Assembly: GCA_903873945.1 (NCBI GenBank)
Contig: CAIQQM010000246.1
Span: 8,940 to 72,939, forward strand
DNA length: 64,000 bases
From: an uncultured Verrucomicrobiota bacterium
Lineage (GTDB): Bacteria > Verrucomicrobiota > Verrucomicrobiia > Limisphaerales > UBA8199
Direction of reading: 5' to 3'
Below, piece by piece: positions 1 to 7,983 of this stretch; positions within the stretch are counted from its first letter, which is position 1, and every line of letters begins with the position of its first letter. Both the position numbers and the translations under genes were made by a program. Under the pieces are notes generated by a model. The model did no database searches and had not been told where the DNA came from. It saw nothing but the letters and a program-made list of their open reading frames with translations.

Positions 1-261
1 GTTGAGAAACTCGCAATACTGCTTCGTCGTGACGTCGTTGATGCCGATCTGGAACGAGTCCAAGTAAACCAAGTGGATGGGCACTTCATGGCTCTCGTGT
101 TTCTCATCGCGATACCCGTAATGGTCGCCCATCTCGAACGTGCCGGCGGGGATCAGCGCGAAACCAGGCAGGTTTTTGTCCTGCGCCACAAGAGCGGACA
201 CGCCGAGCGCCGCAGCGCCAGCCGCCGCACGTACCGATTTCCAGAGACAAGATCGTGTCAT
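1..261 (-). CDS. FGE-sulfatase (SUMF1-like) domain protein, N-terminal part only (gene runs off the window)
   Basis: Absent from the ORF track because it is truncated by the window edge. Reverse-strand translation from the ATG at 261 gives MTRSCLWKSVRAAAGAAALGVSALVAQDKNLPGFALIPAGTFEMGDHYGYRDEKHESHEVPIHLVYLDSFQIGINDVTTKQYCEFLN. This is a signal-like N-terminus followed by the IPAGxFxMGD ... FxIxxxxVTxxQY opening typical of FGE-sulfatase domains. Confidence 0.7.
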   Translation of the reverse strand, partial: MTRSCLWKSVRAAAGAAALGVSALVAQDKNLPGFALIPAGTFEMGDHYGYRDEKHESHEVPIHLVYLDSFQIGINDVTTKQYCEFLN

Positions 262-444
262 CAAGAGTATGAACGGAAAGGCCGCCCGGGTTTCTACAGA
301 GCCTTTACGGAAATAGCGATATATCTGGCCGACGGTGTTTGTTTTCCGCGCCGTCCCGGTGACCGCGACAAGGCCATAGAACATTCATGATGAGGTCTTT
401 CCCGAATGGGTTCGTAATGGTCGAGCTTCCTATTCTTTCGTGCT

Positions 445-1545
445 TCAAGGACCGGACGAGAGACGGTAAAACCGCCGGGAGTAGTTTGGTGAATCCGTGT
501 CCGTCCAGAGGGAGAAGGTGTTGGAAAGGTTGGTCGTGCAGACGGTTGTCCAGTAGACAAGGTTGGTTGAAGCCTGCACGCAATACGACTGGCCAAGGCA
601 GCCAGTGACGGCGAACTGCATCGAGCCATTGGTCCAAACCGCGCTGCCCAGTCTGGCCGGGGTGTTGGTGCTGGTGGGGGCCACTCCCTGCACCCGCATG
701 CGGATAGAGTACAGCGAGCCGCTGTCAGTCGTGATGAACAACGTCTTGCGGTCACTGCCGCCGAACTCCACATTGGTTGGCCGCGCCGGAACGCTGATTT
801 GTTCCGCCTTTTGGCCGGCGGCATCATAGACGAGGACGGCGTTTTCACAAAAGTAGAAGTTGCCCTCAGCGTCGAGCGTCATGCCGTCGCACTTCACTCG
901 GGCGAACAGCGTTTTGTTCGTCAGGGTGCCGTTCGTGTTGATGGTGTAGCGGAAGACGTTGGTGGCACCCCAGTCGGCGATGTACAGCGTCTTTCCATCG
1001 GGGCTGCCGACCAACCCGTTGGGGCGCACCATGTCGGTGACGACGCGGCTGACGGTGCTGCGGTCAGGGCTGATGTAATAGACATGCTCCCCGCCTTGCA
1101 CGACGGGATGGCCGAAATACACCGGATCAGTGAAATAGACGCCGCCGGCCGGATCAATCCACAGGTCGTTGGGTTCGTTGAATCTCGCGCCGGCGTAGTT
1201 GCTGGCCAGGACCGTGATGCTCAGTTGCGGGCTGATGGACACGATGCGCCCATTGTCACCCTCGCAGGCCACCAGATTGCCGCCGACGTCGAAGCAGAGG
1301 CCGTTCGCTCCACCGGAGTTTGTGCGGAAGACTGAAAGTTGGTTCGACACTGACCACTTGTAGATTGTATCCGCGGGAATGTCCGAGAAGAAGACATTGC
1401 CAACGGTGTCGGCCGCCGGCCCTTCGGTGAAGTGCAAGCCGGAGGCCAGTTGGGTCAGCGAAGCGTTTGTCTCCACCACACTCGCCGCCGTGTTCAGCGC
1501 CACCCAGCAAAGCATCCATGCCGCAAACCGAGTGCTGTTCTTCAT
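445..1545 (-). CDS. secreted SMP-30/gluconolactonase/LRE-like propeller protein with an added C-terminal FYR-ending module
   Basis: ATG at 1545 and signal-like MKNSTRFAAWMLCWVALNTAASV. SGL-family strings: HFTEGPA, FFSDIPADTIYKW, NEPNDLWIDPAGGVYFTDP, RPNGLVGSPDGKTLYIAD, DGMTLDAEGNFYF, NVEFGGSDRKTLFITT. The last ~75 aa (YCVQASTNLVYWTTV...RRFYRLSSGP) resemble the tails of six other proteins in the window. Confidence 0.8.
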   Translation of the reverse strand: MKNSTRFAAWMLCWVALNTAASVVETNASLTQLASGLHFTEGPAADTVGNVFFSDIPADTIYKWSVSNQLSVFRTNSGGANGLCFDVGGNLVACEGDNGRIVSISPQLSITVLASNYAGARFNEPNDLWIDPAGGVYFTDPVYFGHPVVQGGEHVYYISPDRSTVSRVVTDMVRPNGLVGSPDGKTLYIADWGATNVFRYTINTNGTLTNKTLFARVKCDGMTLDAEGNFYFCENAVLVYDAAGQKAEQISVPARPTNVEFGGSDRKTLFITTDSGSLYSIRMRVQGVAPTSTNTPARLGSAVWTNGSMQFAVTGCLGQSYCVQASTNLVYWTTVCTTNLSNTFSLWTDTDSPNYSRRFYRLSSGP

Positions 1546-1565
1546 GTGCGTTGCGACTCACTGGC

Positions 1566-4500
1566 TCACGGCGCCAATTGCACGCGGTAGTAGCCTTGCG
1601 GCTGGCCAACGCGAACGGAGTTTGTGTCGCTGAATGAGGTCAGAGTGCCGATGCTTTGGTTGGTGCTGATGGTGGTCCAACTGGAGGCGCCGAGCGTGGG
1701 CCCGTAGAGCACGGTGTAGGTCCGGGAAGGCAGGCTCGTCCAGCTCAAGTTCAAGGTGGCAGGAATTGCGTCCTCGGAAGCGATGGGAACGAACTGGTCA
1801 GTCGAGACATCGAGAATGCCATATTCTCCTGTTGGCTGTGTGCTCGAGGTATCCATGTAAGTGGTGTTTGTGGCGCTGCTGGTGACCAGGTCGAGGAAGT
1901 ACCACGCGGGCGCGTTAGTGGTCGCTTTCCAGAGCACGATATAGTCTTTGCCGGCCACGCTGGCCCAGGCAATCTGAACACCGCCCGGCGTATGGGTCAC
2001 GCCGGTTATGATTGGCTGGACATTGGTGGCGACCGTCTGCACGACATACGAGTACGTGGTGCCTGGCGCGCCCGCAGGAGTGGTAGCAGTAAGGCCCAAA
2101 CTGTCGCTGGCCGCCAGGTAATAGGAGACTGTGGCGCCCGAGGGCTGCGCAGCAATCTGGCCGCCGTAGATGCCATCCCCTGCGGCGCCGTCCTGGTGCA
2201 AACCATCGTCGAACAGTGTGACGTTAGTCCAACCGCCGCCCGTGTTGCAGTTAAGCATGAGTTGCCGCGTGCTGCTGACATTGTCCGTAAGCTGGGCCGT
2301 GACCCAGACGGCATCAGCCGAGGTGGGTGAAACGGGCGTCTGGGTTATTGCGGCAATAACGGGGGTGTTCCACGCCGTGGGATCCAGGCCCCATTGGTAG
2401 CACTGGATATCGGTCAAACCGTCGCCGTTATGATCGCTGGTGGCGGTGACGGCGGAGAGGGTGCCGAAGTGGGCGCGGACCCAGATGTCAGGCAAGCCAA
2501 GGCCGACGCTATCGGTGGCAGCGCCGGTGTAGGTTTCAACCGTGCCGCGCGGGGTCAGATCTTTGCCTGTGAAGCCGACGAAGTTGGTCGGGTAGCGGTG
2601 GACTTTGAAAACTTCATTGTACCATTGCCCGGCCATGTTCGGATCGGGCGGGATGGCGGAGCCTTGGGCCAGCGGCGTGGAGGTTTCGGGGTTGATATAA
2701 GACCAGACTGTCGTGCCGTTGGTGGTGACCTCAAAGAGCGTGCCGTGTGTGCCGTGGGTAATGAGCGTGTTGCCGTTCGCCTCGCGTTCGGCGCCGCCGA
2801 TGTCGGAACAGTAAAAGTTGGTCGCGGGATTATTTGTGTAGGTCCAGTAAAGATTCGCCGGGCCAAAGGCGGCACCGGTCGTGCGCGAGTAATTACCGTA
2901 AGCGTCCACCGGCGGGACGATCTCGTCCACGGAGGTATAGCCGCGTCCGCCATTACCATTGTTGAAGATGAGGATGTGACCGGCTCCGGGGTAGTTGGCG
3001 GGAATCCAGATACAGCAATGCTGCTGCCAGAGAATTTCGTTGGCTTGCGTGCCGAGTTTGTATTGCTGGGGGTTGCCCCAACGGTAGAGCAGGTCGCCAC
3101 CTTTACCGTAGCTTCCACCGGTATGACCGGCGGCCTGGGCGGTGGTGGTGCTGTGATCAATGACCCAGATTTCGCTGTTGCAGCGGCAACTGATCAGGAT
3201 CTGGTCAAACTGCGGGTTGTAGTCAATCCCGTTGAAATGGTTCCAGAATTGCTGGTTTTGTCCGCTCGGGGGATTGGCATTGATGAGGCCGACGTTGTTG
3301 CTGACGACACCGTAGTTGTGCTTGGTCGAATCGTAATCCTGGATGAGGTGGTCCCACGAATGCCATTCCCAGACGATGTTGCCGCCGTAGGGCCGGGTGG
3401 GTTGGACTTCGGCAATGTAGTCGGGGAGCATGAACCCGCCGTTGGCGGTGATCGCGGACACGCAGAGGTTGGTGTTGAATCCTGCGGCGATGACATCGGC
3501 CAGCGATTTATATTCGCAGACGATCATAATCAGATTGCCGTTGGGGAGAACCTTGAAATCGTGGTGGCTCATGTTGGTGCTGGTGTTCAGGTCGAAGGCC
3601 CAGACGAGGTTGCCTTCCCAGTCACGTTCCTCATGGCGACCGCCTTCGCCGCCCCCGGTGGAAAGAATCGTTCGCACGGAGCATTCGCGGAAGTAGTGGC
3701 CGTTCGTCATTAGGTAGTCTCCGCGGCCTGGACAATACTGGCTCGTCCATTTGTGGACATACTGGCCGGCGTTGTTGAGCAGGTAGGCATTAGTGCCCTG
3801 CATCGGGGACATCAGCGTGTAGCCGGGGCAGGCATTGGTGGCGTTGAGGAACAAGCCGACGGTTTGCGTGAGTTTCTCCGGGCGCATGACGCGGAACCCG
3901 ACTTGGAACCAGGCGGTGTCGGCGTTGCCGTCGGGCGGGGTCCCTAGCGACCAGGACGGGTCGCGGTTGGAGACCCGGCTGTAACCGTAGAACTGCTGGC
4001 CGCCGCCATTGAACCAGGTGCCGCCACGCAGACCGCGGTAGGCCATGTTGCCATAGTCGGTGAAGATGTCGCCGGTAACCGGGCCGGGCGGGTTGGTGAC
4101 GATGTTGTTGTTGGTGCAGTAAGCGTAGTAGGCACTCGCATACCAGTCGTTGACCCACTCCCAGACGTTGCCGGCCATGTCGTAGAGGCCGAATGGATTG
4201 GAGCCGTCGCTGGTCTGGTAGGTGGTCTGGCTGCCGGGCCAGTTGTAATTGGTCGCATACCGGAGCGCGCCGTTGTAGAACCCAACCGGCGTCGTGTTAG
4301 GATAGTCGTTGGTAGATTCAAATGGATCGCCGGAGCCCTGCCAATTCGCGTAGGTGCCGTCGGCATTGCTGTTGGTGCCCCAGGGGAACATGCAGTAGGG
4401 ATTGGTCAACCCGCCGTGCGCGCAATATTCCCACTCAGCTTCGGTCGGCAAACGGAAGCCGTTATTGGTAAAATTGACATCGCCCGTGGCCAGATTATAG

Positions 4501-5510
4501 CACGAGTTGAAGCCGTTGGACTGGCTCAGCCAGTTGCAGTAGGCAATTGCGCCGAACCACCGCACACTGGTGACCGGACGCAGGTCGCGGTTGTTCATTA
4601 CCGAGAATGCGTTGTTGGCGTATTGGATGAAGCTGTAGGCATTGGCGCCGTGGGTGTAGAAATAGATGTTGGTGCCCCCGACGGCATAAACAATGTTCGA
4701 GCGCACTTCGATCAGGCTTTGGGCGAGCGCCGAGTTAAGGAAGGCGCAATATTCGGTCATGGTGGTGAGGGTGGTCGCCATGTAGAGCGGCGATATGTAC
4801 ACGTTGTGAAGCGGGATTTCATCGCTGGGGTGGTCCGGATCGTAAAAGTTAAAGTGGTCTCCCATGACAAAACTGCCGCCGGGGATGCGGACGTATTGCG
4901 CGGTAAATGAAACCGCGGAGTTCGTGCTATTCGTCGTGCCGGTCACGATGGTGAGGGAGATATCGTCGAGTTGGATCCGGTTGCTGCTCGAACCGCCGGA
5001 GAATTGGAACCGCAGAATCAGGTTGCTGACCAGATCACCCGGCTGCAGGTTGTAAGTGTAGAGCTGAAAAGTGTGATTCGAGGCGGTCAGCTCACTCAAC
5101 CGCGTGGTGAAACCGCTGCCCGGATTGAGTTGCATGGCCCAGCCCTCATTACCGGTCAAGCTGTCGGCTTCCATGTAAAACGAGAGCGTGCCGCTATTGC
5201 CCAGCGCATCAATCCCCAGCGTTGTGGTGATCATGCTGTCGGAGAGGTTGGTCGTGCCATTTTTGAATGTCAGGCCGCAGGGGTTGCCGCCGCCATAGTT
5301 GGCATTGGTCTCTTGCTCGAACGGATTACCGCCGTTGAAGGCGACAGTCCAGGCGTTGTCGCAGCCGATCCCCGTCCAAGGTTTCGCGGCATTCGTCGCC
5401 ATTGTTTCCAGGAACACGGTGGTTGTTGCCGCCTGAGCGCGCCAGCCGTCCAACTCGCCGAACACTAGCAACGCGAGGGCGAATGCCATGGGAATACATT
5501 TCATTTTCAT
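1566..5510 (-). CDS. 1314-aa secreted multidomain protein: unknown N-module + FGE-sulfatase-like domain + ASST-like beta-propeller + Ig-like modules + FYR-type tail
   Basis: Signal MKMKCIPMAFALALLVFG. FGE-like strings: YVRIPGGSFVMGD, RLPTEAEWEYCAHGG, GLYDMAGNVWEWVNDWY, RGLRGGTWF. ASST-like strings: YLLNNAGQYVHKWTS, HHDFKVLPNGNLIMIV, VWEWHSWDHLIQDYD, HFNGIDYNPQFDQILISCRCNSEIWVIDH, GDLLYRWGNPQQY, ANGNTLITHG. Module with FDDGLHQDGAAGDGIYGG. Tail ends YYRVQLAP. A 20-nt gap to the downstream gene suggests co-transcription. Confidence 0.8.
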   Translation of the reverse strand: MKMKCIPMAFALALLVFGELDGWRAQAATTTVFLETMATNAAKPWTGIGCDNAWTVAFNGGNPFEQETNANYGGGNPCGLTFKNGTTNLSDSMITTTLGIDALGNSGTLSFYMEADSLTGNEGWAMQLNPGSGFTTRLSELTASNHTFQLYTYNLQPGDLVSNLILRFQFSGGSSSNRIQLDDISLTIVTGTTNSTNSAVSFTAQYVRIPGGSFVMGDHFNFYDPDHPSDEIPLHNVYISPLYMATTLTTMTEYCAFLNSALAQSLIEVRSNIVYAVGGTNIYFYTHGANAYSFIQYANNAFSVMNNRDLRPVTSVRWFGAIAYCNWLSQSNGFNSCYNLATGDVNFTNNGFRLPTEAEWEYCAHGGLTNPYCMFPWGTNSNADGTYANWQGSGDPFESTNDYPNTTPVGFYNGALRYATNYNWPGSQTTYQTSDGSNPFGLYDMAGNVWEWVNDWYASAYYAYCTNNNIVTNPPGPVTGDIFTDYGNMAYRGLRGGTWFNGGGQQFYGYSRVSNRDPSWSLGTPPDGNADTAWFQVGFRVMRPEKLTQTVGLFLNATNACPGYTLMSPMQGTNAYLLNNAGQYVHKWTSQYCPGRGDYLMTNGHYFRECSVRTILSTGGGEGGRHEERDWEGNLVWAFDLNTSTNMSHHDFKVLPNGNLIMIVCEYKSLADVIAAGFNTNLCVSAITANGGFMLPDYIAEVQPTRPYGGNIVWEWHSWDHLIQDYDSTKHNYGVVSNNVGLINANPPSGQNQQFWNHFNGIDYNPQFDQILISCRCNSEIWVIDHSTTTAQAAGHTGGSYGKGGDLLYRWGNPQQYKLGTQANEILWQQHCCIWIPANYPGAGHILIFNNGNGGRGYTSVDEIVPPVDAYGNYSRTTGAAFGPANLYWTYTNNPATNFYCSDIGGAEREANGNTLITHGTHGTLFEVTTNGTTVWSYINPETSTPLAQGSAIPPDPNMAGQWYNEVFKVHRYPTNFVGFTGKDLTPRGTVETYTGAATDSVGLGLPDIWVRAHFGTLSAVTATSDHNGDGLTDIQCYQWGLDPTAWNTPVIAAITQTPVSPTSADAVWVTAQLTDNVSSTRQLMLNCNTGGGWTNVTLFDDGLHQDGAAGDGIYGGQIAAQPSGATVSYYLAASDSLGLTATTPAGAPGTTYSYVVQTVATNVQPIITGVTHTPGGVQIAWASVAGKDYIVLWKATTNAPAWYFLDLVTSSATNTTYMDTSSTQPTGEYGILDVSTDQFVPIASEDAIPATLNLSWTSLPSRTYTVLYGPTLGASSWTTISTNQSIGTLTSFSDTNSVRVGQPQGYYRVQLAP

Positions 5511-5542
5511 GCCTTTGCTCTATTTTGATTATGTGCCAAGGG

Positions 5543-5572
5543 GTTAAACGGAAGAACCCGGCGCCTTCCTAC
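5543..5572 (-). promoter_or_regulatory. candidate ECF-type promoter (site A) upstream of the 1314-aa gene
   Basis: Minus-strand reading: CCTGTAGGA-AGGCGCCGGGTTCTTC-CGTTTAACCCCTTGGCACA. Hexamer GTAGGA (5572-5567), 16-nt spacer, CGTTTAAC (5550-5543). It lies about 33 nt upstream of the ATG at 5510. Same architecture as six other sites. Confidence 0.6.
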
Positions 5573-5629
5573 AGGTGGAGGAGGAAAACAGGGAATGAGT
5601 TGGTTGCCGACCGAGGTTTGCACAAGATT

Positions 5630-7930
5630 TCAGGGCATGCTGACGCCGACGCGGTAGGAGCGCTGGCCGTCCGTGGGCGAAGGGTCCGTGAGCGTGTCCA
5701 CACCGCCGCTGCCGGGGATTCCGGTTTGGGACGGGATATTCGTCCACCCCCCGGCAGTGAGGTCGGTCCGGTAATACAGGGTGTATTTGCGGTTGGCGGA
5801 GGACGGGTAAGACACGGCCAAGCCCGTGGAGTTCGAGACGCTCAAGATGTAGAAGCGAGACAGCGCGTTGGTCGGGTTCGTGTCGGCGATGTATTCCTGC
5901 AGATTGTTCATGCCGTCGCCGTCCGGATCGCACGCCGCACAAGATTGGCTGTTGGTTGCGGCGCCAGTGTCGCCGAAATACTGCGCGCGCCACCAGTTGG
6001 GGATGCCGTCGCCGACCGTGTCCACGGAGGTGGCCATCACGAGGTTCGTCTGGATGTTGGTGCTGCTGCCGGACGATCCGCTGACAATCAGGCTTACCGT
6101 ATTGGTGCCGGGAAAACTGTAAGTGTGAGTCAGGCTGGTTATGGTGACGCTGGTCGTCGCGCCATCGCCGAAACTCCAGTAGCGGTTGGTGATGGTGCCA
6201 GTCGAGTTGTCGGTGAATGTTACGACCAGCGGCGCCCCGCCGTTGGTTGACGCGGCGGTGAAGCTGGCGACCGGAGCGGCTGTCTGGCGGATGATCGTGA
6301 CGCTGTCGCTGACCGCAAAGCTCGATGAATTGGTGCCGCTGACGGTGATGACATTGGTTCCCACATTCAGCCAGAGGTTGGTGATCTGCCACGAGCTGGC
6401 CGCAGCCAGCGTGCCGTTGCTGCCAGTCAGCGCATTGGTCCAGGTCATGGTGCCAACCACATACGAGTTGTTCGTGCCTTTGATGGTGTAATTCGTCACC
6501 GTGTAGGCCACCGTGGCGTTGGCGTTGGTCGCGTCCACGACCGGAACAAGTTCAATCGTGCCTTGCGGGGTCAAATCCCGGCCGGACAGGCCGGAGTAGT
6601 TGGTGGCGTAGCGCCGGATTTTGAAGACGGTGCTGTCTGGCACGCTGCCCTGCGCTACGGGTCCGCTGGATCCGACCGGGTTGACGTATTTCCACACCGT
6701 TGAGCCATTGGTATCAACTTCAAAGAAAATGCCGCTTGGCCCGATGCAGATGAGTGTGTTGCTGTTCGGCAGACGCTGTGTGCCGGAGATGTTCTCGCCA
6801 TAGAAGCTCGGCGAAGGGTTGTAGGTCCAATAAAGATTCGTGGGGTCGTAGGTCGCCGTGATGTTAGTGGCGAGGGTATAGTTGGTGACGCTCGCGTTCG
6901 TATAAATGGGCGTGACGAACTCGTCAATGGTAGAATAGCCGCGCCCGCCGGCACCGTTGTTGAATACCAGGATGTGCCCGCCGCCGGGACAGTTGGTTGG
7001 AATCCACTGCGCGTCATGCTGGCCATAGAGCTTCTGGTTGCTGGCAGTTCCGCGCCGGTATGCCGCCGGATTGCCCCAGCGGTAGAGGAGATCCCCGCCC
7101 ATGCCGCTGTTCCCTCCGGTGTGGCCGGCCGCCTGCGCCGTGGTGGTGCTGTGGTCAATCACCCAGACTTCGTTGAAATTGTGGGCGCTGATGAGGATCT
7201 GGTCGTAGGTCGAGTTGTAGCGGACAGCGTTGCAATGAGTCCAGTCGCCATACGTCTCACGTTTGCCGTAGTTGATGTCAACCAGTTGCGGGTTGTTGGT
7301 GACGTTGCCGTAGTTCGCTTTGGTGGAGTCGTAGTCCTGGACCAGATGGTCCCAGAGGTGCCACTGCCAGACGATTGTTCCGTTCGTCGCCCCGCTTGGC
7401 TGCACCTCGATGATGCTGTCGGGCCATAGGCCTGAAGCTGTGACATTGGCCGGAGCGCACCCCGCGTTGGTGGCCTCGCTTTGGGTTTTGGTCTCCCAGG
7501 CGATGAAAAGGATGTTGCTGTTGGGAAGCCACTCGATGTCGTGGTGCGGTGAATGATTGGTGGTCGAGTAAGTGTAGCTCCACAAAACGGTTCCGTCCCA
7601 ATCAATTTCCTGGATGCCACCGCCCAAGCATCCGCCTCCGGCGTTGAAGGTGGAGTTGGCTATCTGTGCCGAGCGAAGGAGGCGGCCGTTCTCCATGAAA
7701 TAGGCCGACTGGCCCGGCAAATAAGAAGCATTCGTCCAAGTGTGGATGAGCTGGCCGGCGTTGTTGATAAGATAGGTGTTTTTTGAGCTGGCCGGCGGGA
7801 AAAGCGTATAACCCGGCCAGGCACTCGAGCTGTTGGTGAACAGGCCAACGGTTTGGGCGGCCTGCACCAGACTGGTGAACGGGGCCAGCATCACCACCAG
7901 CGTAATGAAAACTTTCATTGATGGCTTCAT
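5630..7930 (-). CDS. 766-aa secreted ASST-like beta-propeller + PKD domain + Ca-binding-like linker + FYR-type tail
   Basis: Signal MKPSMKVFITLVVMLAPFTSLVQA. ASST-like strings: YLINNAGQLIHTWTN, HHDIEWLPNSNILFIAW, VWQWHLWDHLVQDYD, HCNAVRYNSTYDQILISAHNFNEVWVIDH, GDLLYRWGNPAAY. PKD-type FTDNSTGTITNRYWSFGDGATT. Linker VGDGIPNWWRAQYFG..CDPDGDGMNNLQEYIADTNPTN. Tail RSYRVGVSMP. Confidence 0.8.
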   Translation of the reverse strand: MKPSMKVFITLVVMLAPFTSLVQAAQTVGLFTNSSSAWPGYTLFPPASSKNTYLINNAGQLIHTWTNASYLPGQSAYFMENGRLLRSAQIANSTFNAGGGCLGGGIQEIDWDGTVLWSYTYSTTNHSPHHDIEWLPNSNILFIAWETKTQSEATNAGCAPANVTASGLWPDSIIEVQPSGATNGTIVWQWHLWDHLVQDYDSTKANYGNVTNNPQLVDINYGKRETYGDWTHCNAVRYNSTYDQILISAHNFNEVWVIDHSTTTAQAAGHTGGNSGMGGDLLYRWGNPAAYRRGTASNQKLYGQHDAQWIPTNCPGGGHILVFNNGAGGRGYSTIDEFVTPIYTNASVTNYTLATNITATYDPTNLYWTYNPSPSFYGENISGTQRLPNSNTLICIGPSGIFFEVDTNGSTVWKYVNPVGSSGPVAQGSVPDSTVFKIRRYATNYSGLSGRDLTPQGTIELVPVVDATNANATVAYTVTNYTIKGTNNSYVVGTMTWTNALTGSNGTLAAASSWQITNLWLNVGTNVITVSGTNSSSFAVSDSVTIIRQTAAPVASFTAASTNGGAPLVVTFTDNSTGTITNRYWSFGDGATTSVTITSLTHTYSFPGTNTVSLIVSGSSGSSTNIQTNLVMATSVDTVGDGIPNWWRAQYFGDTGAATNSQSCAACDPDGDGMNNLQEYIADTNPTNALSRFYILSVSNSTGLAVSYPSSANRKYTLYYRTDLTAGGWTNIPSQTGIPGSGGVDTLTDPSPTDGQRSYRVGVSMP

Positions 7931-7983
7931 GTGCGTTGTTTTGTTTGTTTTCTATGGCTATGTTGCCTCCCGGCTCGACGATA

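Noticed and set aside
73-390. Plus-strand ORF of 105 aa at the left edge.
   Set aside because: The minus strand of 1-261 encodes a convincing signal peptide plus the start of an FGE-sulfatase domain, so the plus-strand ORF is its antisense shadow.
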